From contig OX597829.1 of assembly GCA_951406725.2 (NCBI GenBank), positions 21,018,001-21,082,000 on the forward strand: 64,000 nucleotides of DNA, in the 5' to 3' direction. Origin of the DNA: Octopus vulgaris. Lineage: Eukaryota. The notes under the pieces are model-generated. The model was not told where the DNA came from, ran no database searches, and saw nothing but the letters and a program-made list of their open reading frames with translations. A program made the translations under genes and the position numbers. Positions 51,481 through 64,000 of the stretch are shown here, piece by piece (the first letter of the stretch is position 1; every line of letters starts with the position of its first letter).

Positions 51481-52362
51481 CTGATGTATGTATGTATGTA
51501 TGGATGGATGGATGTATGAATGGATGGATGGATGGATGGTTCAGGGAGATGCCATTCTGATGACTGACATAGTAATATTGCAAACTGTTACAAGAGCGAA
51601 GGAAATGCTCTATAATGAAGCAATGATCCAAACATAAATTAATAAATTAGATAAACCAACTGAATTATGCAAGTAGCAGAAGGAGTTATATTACAGCCTA
51701 TTAGAAAGAGAATTAGTTAAGATGAGGAAGCAGGTTGTGGTTACTAATGTATGACTGGTTGCTTAAGTGTTAGACAGTGTAAACAATTGATGTTTTAGAA
51801 CTGTGCATGCTGTGTACAGGAGCACTATCAGCAAAGTGAAAGTCAGTAACAAATTAGCAATAGATTCAGTCAGGAATTTAATATGCTGGTGGGTGTATGA
51901 CAGGATTCAGTTCTCAACTTTTGTTTCTAATCTGCAACAGAATTATACAGGGTTGGCTGTCATTTGGCATGCTCCACATCCCAACAGTTCCCTAGTAAAC
52001 TTCACAGAAATTGGAAGTTTATATTGCTCAGATGATTTAATCAGAAGGGAGAAGTGTAAGCATGGGACTGAAAATGTTCCAGAAGCCCTTATTTCTGCTG
52101 GCAAGAATTAGATTATCTATCTTTTCAGAGAGAAAAATCATGTGTGATGCTTGTGTATGTTAGCAAAACGGACACTAAATATAAAGAGGTTGGGTGAAAG
52201 CAGAAAAGAAATTAAATGAGCTCCTGTTTCTAAACTGTAATAGAATTATTCTGGATTTGCTGTCAGTTGGGATGCTTCATATCCCAACAGTTCCCCAGTA
52301 AGCTTTACAGAAGTTGGCAGTTAGTATTATCCGGATGGTCTAATGAGAAGAGAGAAGCATGG

Positions 52363-53013
52363 CAGACACCCATAAAATTATTAACCATCTTACAAACAAT
52401 AACTCTGAGCACCTTTTCAAACTCCACCTGTCTAACACCTGTGGACATGTTTACAAAGTCAGAAAATAGCACAGCTCCCATGACTTTCGGAAGCATTTTT
52501 TCATGCTAAGAGTTGCAGAAGCATGGAACAGACTGCCGGCATCAGTTGTAAGTTGTTGGAGCACTGCATCCTTCAAAACTTCCATGCTGCCTGAGATTCG
52601 CCAACACTACACCTGATTTTCTCCCCTCCATACACACACAAGCATGTATCTGACTCATACACTGTTCGCTTTCTAGACATTTGTACATTACTGCATATAC
52701 TTTATACGCACATTTAAAAAAAAAATTTTTTTTTTTTACTACCCACAAGGGGCTAAACATAGAGGGGACAAACAAGGACAGACAAAGGGATTAAGTCGAT
52801 TACATCAACCCCAGTGCGAAACTGGTACTTTATTTATCGACCCCCAAAGGATGAGAGGCAAAGTCGACCTCGGCGGAATTTGAACTCAGAACGTAACAAC
52901 AGACGAAATACCGCTAAGCATTTCGCCCGGCGCGCTAACGTTTCTGCCAACTCGCCACCTTCTACGCACATTTTGACAAGTTGTGGTGCACCTGAGCACT
53001 GTATACAATAATT

Positions 53014-53074
<61 letters not shown>
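52363..53074 (+). mobile_element. CR1-type LINE 3' end with a nested SINE
   Basis: GHVYKVRK..SSHDFRKHFFMLRVAEAWNRLPASVV; (ATT)n tail; 8-bp TSD aagcatgg. Nested SINE 52716-52962(-) has an 11-bp TSD tacgcacattt. Confidence 0.8.
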
Positions 53075-53075
<1 letters not shown>

Positions 53076-54528
53076 AGCATGGGACTGAGAATGTTCCTGA
53101 AGTCCTTATCTCTGCTGTCAAGGATGGGACTATCCCTCTCTCACAGTGAAAATCATGTTGTGTGATGCTTGTGTATGTTAGGAAAACAGATGCTGAATAT
53201 AAAGCTTGTGTGAAAACAAAAAAGAAACGAAGTGAGCATAACTTGACAGGGTTTATGAAGAAATATTTTATTTCTTATTATTTATTAGGTTACTCTGACC
53301 TAAATTTTTACAATGATCAACTGCCATAAACACTATCTTTTTATTTTTTATTTTTTGCTTCAGTCATTTGACTGTGGCCATGATAGAGCACAGCTTTGAG
53401 GAATTTTTATTTAAATGAGTCAACCCCAGTGCATATTTTTTTAAAGCCTGGTACTTATTCTTTCGGTCTCTCTTGCTGAACTGCTAGGTTACAAAGATGT
53501 AAAAGATGTAAAAACATCAACATTGGTTGTCAAGCAATGGTGGGGGACAAACACTGACACACACATACACACAACACACACACACACACACACACACAGA
53601 CACACACAAAAGCCTTTTCAGTTTCTGTCAACTAAACCCACTCACAAGGCTTTGGTCAGCCTAAGGCTATAGTAGGAGACACTTACTCAAGGTGCCACAC
53701 AGTGAGATTGAACTTGGAACCGTGTGTTTGGGAAGGAAGCAAACTTCTTACCACACAACTAAGAATGACCTTGGAATTGTACCTAGAAAGTTCTCCCCCA
53801 GGGCATGAATCCAGGCAAGGTTGTTTATGGAAGGCCAGCAGTCACCCATGCATACTAGCTTCCCCTCTCCACGTCACCGATGTTATCCAAGGGAAAGGCA
53901 AAGAATGATACAGCTTGGCACCTGTAACATCACAACTCATTTCTACAGCTGAGTGAACTGGAACAATGTGAAATAAAATGTCTTGCTCAAGAACACAACA
54001 CACAGCCTAGTCTGGGAACTGAATTCACTACCTTATGATTGTGAGCCCGACACTCTAACCACTGAGCCATGCACCTTCACTGTATGAGTGTAGAGAACAA
54101 TGTTAATGGATGAAGTAATGGTTCTGGATAACAACAAAGAAAATTGGTATCAGGAGGTGGGCAGAGCTGCAATACGAGAGATGTGCAAGAGCAGTGGTGA
54201 GGTGACGAAGAGACTGATTTGAGTGAGGTGACCATTTGTGTGCCATCACACACACACACACACACACACATCACAACACACACAGCACAACATATGCACA
54301 CACTATACACATATGCATGTGCGCATACACACACACACACATGCACACAACATAAAAATATATCATCATCATCATCATTTGATATCTGCTTTCCATTCTT
54401 TGCTTCCCAACCACATGGTTCCGGGTTCAGTCCCACTGTGTGACACTTTGGGCGTCTTCTACTATAGCCTTGGGCCTACCAAAGCCTAGTGGGTGGAATT
54501 TGTAAACAGGAAACTGAGAGAAGCTCAT

Positions 54529-54570
<42 letters not shown>

Positions 54571-55871
54571 TGTGTGTGCGTGCATATGTGTATATATGTG
54601 TGTGTGATTGTCTGTGGTTTGTCTCCCACCCACTGCTTGACAACCAATGTCTGTGTGTTTATGTCCCCGTAGGTTAGTGGTCCAGCAAGAAGACACCAAT
54701 AGAATAAGTACGAATTCTAAAATAAAAATAAAAACTGGGGTCAATTTGTTTGACCAAAAATTCTTCAAGGTATTGCTTCAGCATGGCCTGAGTCTGATGA
54801 CTGAAACAAGTAAAAGAAAGACAAGGAGATATACACTCATGATATCATTACATTCCATTTCATAGATATCTTGTTGTATCTTCCATCCATTATTTCTACT
54901 GGTGTTATAAGGGCTTTGAGCTAATGAGTTGCATGGCCACTATACTCAAGCCTACTTATTTTACCCATCTCTTTACTATACCTCTACTATACCTCATTTC
55001 CCTAGTCCCATGTTAAATACATTGTCCAGTCTTCCCTTCTCAAAATCTTACTTGTATACAGTTTTTTCGCTGCCCGTGTTTTACATCTGACATCTACACA
55101 TAGTCTACTAAATAATCAAAAAATAAAAACAAAAAAACCCCAGATAAAACCAGACTCACTATAATAAATCATGAAATACATTTAGAAATATTTTGTAGTA
55201 ATTAGTGTAATTATTAATATATAATAAGTTTTATGTGAAAATTATTATTAATATATAGGCGCAGGAGTGGCTGTGTGGTTAGTAGCTTGCTTACGAACCA
55301 CATGGTTCTGGGTTCAGTCCCACTGTGTGGCACCTTGGGCAAGTGTCTTCTATTATAGCCTTGGGCTAACCAAAGCTTTGTGAGTGGATTTGGTAGATGG
55401 AAACTGAAAGAAGCCCATCATATATATATATATATATATGTATTGCCAGCTCTGTCTGGCACCTGTGCGGGTGGCATGTAAAAAGCACTCACTACACGCA
55501 CGGAGTGGTTGGCGTTAGGAAGGGCATCCAGCCGTAGAAAAACTGCCAGATCTGACTAGGCCTGATGAAGCCTTCCGGCTTCACAGACCCCAGTTGAACC
55601 GTCCAACCCATGCTAGCATGGAAAACGATGCTAAACGATGATGATGATGTGTATATATATGTTTGTGTGTCTGTGTTTGTCCCTCTCATCATTGCTTGAC
55701 AATCGATGCTGGTGTGTTTACGTCCCCGTAACTTAGTTGTTCGGCAAAAGAGACTGACAGCATAAGTACTAGGCTTACAAAGAATAAGTCCTGGTGTCGA
55801 TTTGCTCAACTAAAGGTGGTGCTCCAGCATAGCCTCAGTCAAAATGACTGAAACGAATAAAAGAATAAAAG

Positions 55872-55921
<50 letters not shown>

Positions 55922-56054
55922 GCCCCTCCCATGAAATTTCAGGCTATTAGTGTGGATGCATGGTCTAGTGGTTAGGGTGTTGCACTCACAATTGCAAGAT
56001 CGTGGTTTCAATTCCTAGACTGAATGGTGCGTAGTATTCTTGTGGAAAACACAT

Positions 56055-57026
56055 TGTAGGGAATATGACAGTATGTTGAGGTTGGTGACATAGGTAAGTC
56101 ACACGGTCGCATTCCTAGCGAAATAAGATAAGCCATTAATACAATTTTATACAATGCAGTGCCAACAGAATATAGATGAATTGACTACAAGGCCGTTCCA
56201 CTGTTTGAGAGAAGATAAGATTTTATTTTACAATTGGTGTTAAGGTTAGAAGGTTGTGAGTGCTAGCAAGTGCGTGTGTGTGCATGCAACACGTGTTTGT
56301 GTCTGTGTGTTCGTGTGTGTGACAGATACAATAAGTGTGAAAGCGTGTGACATAGTAGGTACAGAGCATAGAGTTCATAATGGAAATTGATTTACTGTTC
56401 TTAGGTACACGAAGTGTAAGAGTTCGATATCAGGATGTTGTGTCTCGGGTGGAGGCCGGTTGGGCGAATTATTGTCGAGCCGCGGTCGTGGTCTCAAATC
56501 GGCGAGCTGGTTCTCCAGATATAGATTTCTTCAGATGGACTGTTTCTACTTGGTGAAGGCGTTCACTCTAACAGCGTGGTTCTGTGATGTTAGTGTGTAC
56601 ATGTCTGAAGTGGACGATGATGATGGTGACGGTAGCGGAGATAGTAGGCTTTCTGTTGCGGGTGTACATTAGCATCGTCGTGGCTGATCGTCTGTCGTCT
56701 GTGACTGGAACATGTTGAGTAGCTCTGTGATCAGAGGTTCAGTCCTTACAAGGACTGGAAACCAAAGACGCTTGGTGAAGGGATTCACTCCCTTATATAC
56801 AAGTAAGGTGGCTCAACAGAGCCTAGAAAAACGGACCTTAACCAAGGGCCGTGATTGGTTGGCTTTTGGCCAGTGGCGTGAAATAAGTAGAGACAAATCG
56901 CGCCACATGTCAACTAATCAGGTTAGTGGTTACAACTGGAACAACTCGGCCAAAGATGGCTGTAATCTCAAACAAGATCATTCCTGCCGTGTTTCTCAAA
57001 CAGTGAGGATATCAGAGACCGCTACA
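56055..57026 (-). mobile_element. Solo LTR (Gypsy-type), 972 bp, inserted in a tRNA-SINE
   Basis: TGTAG...CTACA termini; 4-bp TSD acat (56051-56054, 57027-57030); minus-strand TATATAAG (~56792) and AATAAA (~56222); CpGs retained. Confidence 0.8.
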
Positions 57027-57725
57027 ACATCATCTCGCATTATTCTGCTATCACTTCAACCCTTAACGCGTGGTACACCATGTATTTGTTCAGGCAACAT
57101 TGATTTGACGGAATGAGATGAGCAAATGTACAGCACACACATTTGATCAGTATAAACAAATCATTTGTGCAAGTCATTCACAGCAAAAGCTGAACATTCA
57201 TATGTTGTCTTTGGCGGGAGAAGCCATCATCATCATCATCGTCATCATTATACAGTCTTTCGCCCATTGCTACATTCTGAGTTCAAATTCTGCTGAGGTT
57301 GACTTTGCCTTTCAACCTTTCAGAGTTGATAAATTAAAGTACCAGTGAAACATTGGGGTCAATGTAATTCCCTCCCCCAAAATAGAAATTTATCATTATT
57401 AATTTTATTATTATTATTATACATTTGTGTTTAATTTTTAACATTTTAGCATCCTGTTGTGATTTTTCTTAGTAAACAGGTTAGCCATGTGATTCAGTAG
57501 ATAATACCTAAAAATGGGTTTATTTGGTTAAATTTTTAGTGTCTTATGGTCAATATATTGTGCAAATTGGTAATATTGTAGAAAAGACTTTGTTTCCTTT
57601 TTAATGTGTTGTACAAGGAAACTGTACTGCGAGGAAATAAGTAACAATTTGTCTATCTTCTTGTCATTTTGCTGTCTAGTTGTACTCAATCCGAAGCTTG
57701 TGCCCAGCCTGTGCACCTAATGACT

Positions 57726-58170
57726 GCAGCTGCTAGTGCTTGTCCCCTTCCAGCTTGCTTACTTCATGCCTGTTTGTCATGAGCACCCAAGACAAAACAG
57801 GCTGACCCCTTGTCTTCCTTCCCTCACTTCCTCTCTCCCTCTTCCTGTTCCAGTCAAGCCCCTTGATCATTGATGTCACAGCCCATTCCTTCCTGCTCAT
57901 CTCATCCCCACACGTGCCCCTGATCTCAAAGATCACCTCCTCACCTTACTTATGTGATCTCCATAAGAAGAGAGCCTCGTTCTCTTCCTCTCCTCCACCT
58001 TTGTCATCCGATGAAGCGACAATCCTACAAACATCCAAGACATAACGCAGCATTCCAGCCACAGAAATGTTATTTTTGGAATTAACAACCATCACTGTTC
58101 CTCTGTTCCACTGAGATGTGTAATGTGCCTTTGGAGGCTTGACCCAGACTTCATCTCCCACCTGCACATA
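57726..58170 (-). mobile_element. Gypsy integrase C-terminal relic plus adjacent LTR-like sequence
   Basis: QVGDEVWVKPPKAHYTSQWNRGTVMVVNSKNNISVAG, followed by a purine-rich tract. Confidence 0.6.
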
Positions 58171-58520
58171 GGCAGGTCACCTAAAGAATTGTTAGCAAAA
58201 CCATTAAAAAAAAAAAGAAAGCTGTGAAAATGGCAAAAATTCAACAATTTGATGTTCATAGCACTGCAAAGCATAAATAAATGATAGAGGAGGGGATTAA
58301 AGTTTACTCCTTTAGATTAGAAAGTTCATAAACTCCCTGTAAAATGAATATAAGTAAGTGTGGTTTGGCTTGTGGAATTTCAAACAGTATAGGATTGCCA
58401 GAGAGATATGGTGTGGTGTGGAAATATTTGCTTGTTAATTAATTATTTTTATATTTTTCTAACAAATGTATTTTTAATTCAAGTTTATTAAATTTATACT
58501 TAAAAATTTGTATTTTGCAG

Positions 58521-58682
58521 TAACAAACAATATCCAAAATATCTTCAGGGCAATTTCTGAGCATAATTTAGATCTACATGATTTTTTGAAGCCTGATGAT
58601 CTAGAAAAATTGTGGAAGAAAGAAACTCGAGATGACAAGTCGTGCTTGGAACTTCGAAGTGAAGATGAAAATTGGTTTGCAG
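58521..58682 (+). CDS. DFFB: DFFB coding exon 3
   Basis: ttttgcag|(I)TNNIQNIFRAISEHNLDLHDFLKPDDLEKLWKKETRDDKSCLELRSEDENWFA(G)|gtttga; 162 nt, phase 1 to 1. ELRSEDENWFAG matches the DFF40 motif ETRxEDxxWFEG. Confidence 0.9.
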
Positions 58683-58877
58683 GTTTGAATTCTTAGATTT
58701 ATATTAAAGTGCATTAAATTGGCACTTCCTTATTTTTATGCATCTTAACATACTAAACACCTTAACAGCTACTTGCTTTTAGCCACATTTCATTTGAGTG
58801 TAAATGAAAAAAAAAAAAAACACTTTTCCACTCTAATTATCAAACACTAAAAAGGGCTATGTATACTATGGGGTGGG

Positions 58878-59160
58878 GAGGCACATGGCCTAGTGGTTAG
58901 AGCATCGGACTCATGGTCGTGTGGGTTTGAATCTCACACCAGGCGATGTGTGTGTTTATGAGTGAAACACCTAAGCTCCACGTGGCTCTGGCTGAAGGTA
59001 ATTGCGGACTTCTGCTGACTTTTTCACCACAGCTTTCTCACGCTCTTTCCTCCTGCATCTTGCAGCTCACTTGCGACGGGCCGGCATCCTGTCCAGGTGG
59101 GAAACTGGGAAACCGGCCTTATGAGCCAGGCATGGCTTGAGAAGGAACAAACAACAACAA
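58878..59160 (+). mobile_element. Other tRNA-head SINEs; also ~4510-4810, 30410-30620(-), 53760-54078(-), 55950-57215, 59380-59690, 60433-60570, 63013-63260
   Basis: Heads tggcctagtggttag...ggtttgaatc (A/B boxes) followed by family-shared bodies. Confidence 0.7.
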
Positions 59161-60845
59161 TACTATTGAGTGTTAAATAAGTATAACTGTAACCCTTCAA
59201 AATATAACCAACCATATTAGACCTAAATATTCTACTTGTTTTATATGCAAACTGACCAGAAGTGGCCTCCCACACCTATCCTACAATGTCATTCTGAAAA
59301 TTAACTGTCACATCACTGAAATCTCAAAGCTACAAGATTAGGCATGGTTAATTCAAAACAATGTAAATAAATAAGACATATGGCTCAGTAGTTAGAGTGT
59401 TGAACTCATAATTACTAGGTAGTGAGTTCAATTCCTGGATCAGGCTGTATGTTGTGTTCTTGAGCAAGACATTTTATTTCATGTTGCTCCAGTTCACTCA
59501 GCTGTAGAAATGAGTTGTGACATCACTGGTGCCAAACTGTATCAGCCTTTGTCTTTCCCATGGATAACATTGGTGATATGGAAAGGGGAGTCTGGTATGC
59601 ATGAGCAACTGCTCATGGACTTGCATTTCAGAGGGGAACTTTCTAAGTGCAATCCCATGGTCTTTCATGACTGCAGGGGATCTTTACCCTTTACATTTGA
59701 CAGAATAATTTGAATACTAAAGGGTGAGCTATAGTTGCAAGACTGACACTGGAAACATGATCACTATGCACAAAAGCTTTAAATTAAATCTAAATGAACT
59801 TTTAAAAAGTCAATAATGCATCTTATAAAAACTCAATGTTTTTCTGCTTGAATTATAAATATCTCAAAGAAAAAAAAATTATCCACTGTGTTAGCACTGT
59901 CACTGTTTCTGTATCCTAAATATAGTCAGAATTCCTCTTATTTGTAGTATTCTGTATGGTGTCGTTAGTTTAATATTATGAGTATGAAATTATGTGTAAT
60001 TCCTCAGTATCATTCAGATTTTGATTCTAGAATTATTGTTTGCTGTATCCCAGTTTATAAGTGTTTTAAAATGCTCAATTTTAAGTTGCTGCTTTCAGTA
60101 GACCATCTATGTATTAAAACAATGGCTACATATTTTATAATGTCAATCAACATTACTAGCTCAGCTCAGATGGTTTAGATAATAAAATTGATAACCATGG
60201 ATATATTTGAGAACTATTATCAATTGTAAATTTCTCCTGATAATTTCATTAAATATTCTGGGTTGATGATTTCTTAGAAGTCATAAAAAGAAGGCTAGTG
60301 CTATGAGGTCTGATGAACACTGAGTGTATTCTGCTAAACCTCTTCATTCAATCCACCTGTTCAGTAAAATTTTATCAAGGTGGGTCCTTACATAAGGTAA
60401 TTTTATGATGTATTTTGTAAGGCAAGTGTGTAAGGGTGCATGGCCTTAGTGGTTAGGATGTTGCACTCACAGTTGTGAGGTTGTGGTTTCAGTTTCCAGA
60501 CCAGTCAGTGTGTTGTGTTCTTGAGTAAAACCCTTCATCTCATGTTGCTCTGATGACCATTTTGACATCCTTACATAAGTATGGTAGTGTTGAGGTGTCC
60601 CATCTTGCTGGAAATAAAACTCCACATTGTCAAAGTCCTCTTGTCAGATTGTCAGAATTAGTTCAAGTTATAGGACCAAGCACTGTACTATAAAATTAAA
60701 TAAATAGCTGTGTGGTAAGTAGGTTCCAGGTTCAGTCCCACTGAGTGGCACCTTGTCAAGCATCTTCTACTATAACCTTGGGCCGACCAAAGCCTTGTGA
60801 GTGGATTTGGTAGACAGAAACTGAAAGAAGCCCGTCGTATATATG

Positions 60846-60877
<32 letters not shown>

Positions 60878-61079
60878 CTTGTGTGTCTGTGTTTGTGCCC
60901 CCAACATCGCTTGACAACCAATGCTGGTGTGTTTACATCCTCGTAACTTAGGAGTTCAGTAAAAGAGACCGATAGAATAAGTACTAGGCTTACAAAGAAT
61001 AAGTCCTGGGGTCGATTTGCTCGACTAAAGGTGGTGCTCCAGCATGACCACAGTCAAATGACTGAAACAAGTAAAAGAG

Positions 61080-61110
<31 letters not shown>

Positions 61111-61114
61111 AAGA

Positions 61115-61770
61115 ACAGTCCGATTAATCTTTTTGATGGCAAGCCACACCATACTGTAACTTTTGGTAAATTAACATGATGTTCCTTCATAATATGTAGA
61201 TTCTCAGATCCCCAGTAGATTCAGTGGTGGTTAATTGAAGCATTTAATTTCAGTGTAGCCTCATCATTCTAAACAATCTTTGTTGGAATGTGTGAATCTT
61301 GCTAATACTATTTGGTCTGGATCATCTTCATTGAGAGCATGGATTATTATTAGAATGTCACTTTTCCAATGACAGCACTTCAAAATGCAATGGACACTTC
61401 ATTCTGAAATTCATATCTCAGAATTCATTTGCTGCACAAATTTTTTTTGAACTCTGATATAACAATTCTTTCACCCTTTCTTGCTTTGTGGGTTTCGTTG
61501 ATGTCTGTGGTCATCCAGAACATTTCTTGTGGTCATTAACGAACAGTTCCATGTACCATCTTATGCTGGCTAAGTCCACCCTCAAAAGAACCCACAATAT
61601 GCCCTCTTTGAAAATGAGCAACTCATGATAAACACTGGGTATGGTGTTCTCTCGATCATTCTATTCTATGGTAGCCTTCACTGATGGTATAAGACATTTT
61701 TTTATCCCACTCTCATCATCTTTTCTGATCATATACCTACAGAAGTAGAAGTAGTTTTAAAATTTGTATT
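61115..61770 (-). mobile_element. Tc1/mariner-superfamily transposase relic
   Basis: NDEATLKLN..INHH..YW...[26 protein letters not shown] (DEA..F.L / VWCG..IGP pattern). Confidence 0.65.
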
Positions 61771-61908
61771 AATACTTGGTAAAAATTATGCTTATAACTT
61801 GAATCAAAATTTCAATAGTCATCATTAGATAACATTTAACAAATTACTTCATATTTGAAGTGTTATTTATACCAAATTTAATGATACTTTTGTTTTTCAA
61901 TATTTTAG

Positions 61909-61988
61909 GAGTTAGAGAGTCATTTAAAACCAAATCAGAATATATGAATTACAAAGCACAGAGCCGTGTAAAGAAATATTATAGTGAT
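61909..61988 (+). CDS. DFFB: DFFB coding exon 4
   Basis: ttttag|(G)VRESFKTKSEYMNYKAQSRVKKYYSD|gtaagt; 80 nt, phase 1 to 0. It resembles the DFF40 segment FxTKxxYMxYxxxSRIxxY. Confidence 0.92.
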
Positions 61989-63295
61989 GTAAGTATATTT
62001 ATAACTGCATAGAGATATAATCCAAGACTGAGAAGAATAAGAAAATGACTTGAAATCTTTATTCATTGTAATACAATAGCAGTGTCACCATTTCAAATCA
62101 ATCCAGGTATGACTCAACCAAGAAACTAAAAGCATGGGCATAATTTATATAAGTAATAATAGCAGACTCAGGAAGACATAGGATGAGGTGGTCAAGCATA
62201 GCCTTCGAATGTTGGGCCTCACAGAGGCAATGACAAAAGACCGAGACCTCTGGAGATATGCTGTGACTGCGAAGACCTGACAAATGAAGTGAGTTCATGG
62301 CTCGCAGGACGGCCTGCTGTGCTTACCTTGGAACATAGGGTAACCTGCTGTGCTTGAGGAGACCTATTGAGTCAAATACATCAACATCAAAATAAAAATC
62401 AAATGGAAATTATAGTTGTGATACCTGTGCCGGTGGCATGTAAAAAACACCATCCTAACGTGGCCGATGCCAGCGCCACCCTGACTGGTGTCTGTGCCGG
62501 TGGCACGTAAAAAGCGCCAACCAATTGTGGACATTGCCAGCCTCCTCTGGCCCCTGTGCTGGTGGCACGTAAAAAGCACCCACTACACTCACGGGGTGGT
62601 TAGCATTAGGAAGGGCATCCAGCCGTAGAAACACTGCCAGATCAGACTGGAGCCTGGAGCAGCCTTCTGACTTTCCAGACCCCGGTCAAACTGTTCAACC
62701 CATGCTAGCACAGAAAACAGACGTTAAATGACGACGATGATGATGATGATGAATAATGTATAAGTTTTTATATAAAAAATTTAATTTCAAGTCACTTCTC
62801 AGTTTCATTCTCATATTTGGTTGAATGGATGGACATGGCAGTGGTCATCATGTTATTCCAGTTTTGGGTAGAGTATATAATGCAAAAGTGTGTAGTAAGA
62901 AGATGTGGTGGTGAAGAAAGCATTGGGGCATCTTAAGGTTTGGGGCACCCAAGTCTATTTCATTGTTAGTAAATGTAAGTTTATAATGTATTTTGTTAGG
63001 CAAGTGTGTAAGGGTGAATGGCCTTAGTGGTTAGGATGTTGCACTCACAGTTGTGAGATTGTGGTTTCAGTTTTCAGACCAGTCAGTGTGTTGTGTTCTT
63101 GAGCAAAACGCTTCATCTCATGTTGCTCTGGTGACCATTTTGACATCTGACGTTTGGCACACCATGCAATCTGTTCAGACAATGTTGATTTGATGGAAGG
63201 AGTGAGCTAATGTACAGCACACAATTAAACAAATCATTTGTGTTGGTTGTTTGGCAAGAAATTGCAGAACCATCTTTCTTGGACTATGAGAAAAT

Positions 63296-63413
63296 ACCAC
63301 CACCACCAATACCATCAACCCCACCTCCACCTCCACCACCACCACCAATACCACCACCTCCACCACCACCACTGCTGCCGCCATCACCAGTACCTCCACT
63401 GTCGTCGTCGTCG

Positions 63414-63455
<42 letters not shown>
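63296..63455. repeat. Compound trinucleotide microsatellite (CCA)n-(TCG)n-(TCA)n
   Basis: Seen directly; it generates the poly-P/H/D/M ORFs at 63175-63519. Confidence 0.9.
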
Positions 63456-63456
<1 letters not shown>

Positions 63457-63921
63457 AAGGCAAGTATGTTTGCATTCATCATTTATTATGTAGAAAAAAA
63501 TTCAAGAAGCTGTACATAGTGCAAGATGCAAAATGTAAAATATAAAATGCTAAATTTCCCTTCTTCTCACACGGTGGTAAATCAGAGAGTTGTGTTGACA
63601 TACCAGAACAATGGGGGGGGGCGGATTATATTGTAAATGTGGTGACTTTATTCTATACTTGAAATGAATGCATAAAACTTGAGCAGTAGTATTAATTTAT
63701 CTCAGTGTTCCAAATGTAATAATCATAGTAGAACTAAAGGTGGTGAGCTAGCAGAATTGTTAGCAGGCTGGGAAAAATGCTTAGTAGAATTTTGACCATC
63801 TTTACATTCTGAGGTCAAATTCCTCCGAGGTTGACTTTGCCTTTTTCTTCCCTTTTTGAGTTGATAAAATCGATTACATGAACCCCCTTTTTTTTTTTTT
63901 TTTTTTTTTTTTGTTCTTTAG

Positions 63922-64000
63922 GCAAGTGCCAAACTCAAGAAAGATGTCGATCAAGAGGTTTCTGAAGATATTCGTGAACTCGTAAACCAACTGAAAAATA
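63922..64000 (+). CDS. DFFB: DFFB coding exon 5 (partial, continues beyond the window)
   Basis: A long poly-T tract and ctttag precede ASAKLKKDVDQEVSEDIRELVNQLKN..., open in phase 0 to the window end. Confidence 0.8.

Noticed and set aside
60311-60335. CTGATGA acac-tga-gtgt, and CTGATGA at 60550
   Set aside because: Neither has GAAA or stem III; 60550 is a variant of SINE sequence (ctggtga at 63128).

Overview
AT-rich, repeat-dense animal genomic DNA. The SINE, RTE and Penelope repertoire points to an Octopus (coleoid cephalopod) genome; this is inferred, not searched. The only confident host gene is DFFB/CAD (caspase-activated DNase) on the + strand. Five in-phase coding exons (16496-16621, 29332-29458, 58521-58682, 61909-61988, 63922->64000) are split by 12.7-kb and 29-kb introns, and the gene runs past the window end. 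A CpG-retaining promoter zone (~16.2-20.3 kb) holds an ETS-CRE motif and possibly the first exon of an overlapping antisense gene. The rest is mostly transposon-derived: tRNA-head SINEs, a young 5'-truncated RTE LINE with a PHD-type finger inserted in its RT, CR1, R4-like, hAT, mariner, piggyBac and Merlin remnants, a Gypsy solo LTR, and many Penelope-like (PLE) fragments. The most notable hidden layer is at least six minimal hammerhead-ribozyme motifs in PLE-type termini. One sits in a short non-coding unit built as Pol III tRNA head + hammerhead + inverted terminus, a candidate self-cleaving SINE-like partner of Penelope. Nearly all ORFs in the supplied track are microsatellite or repeat artefacts.
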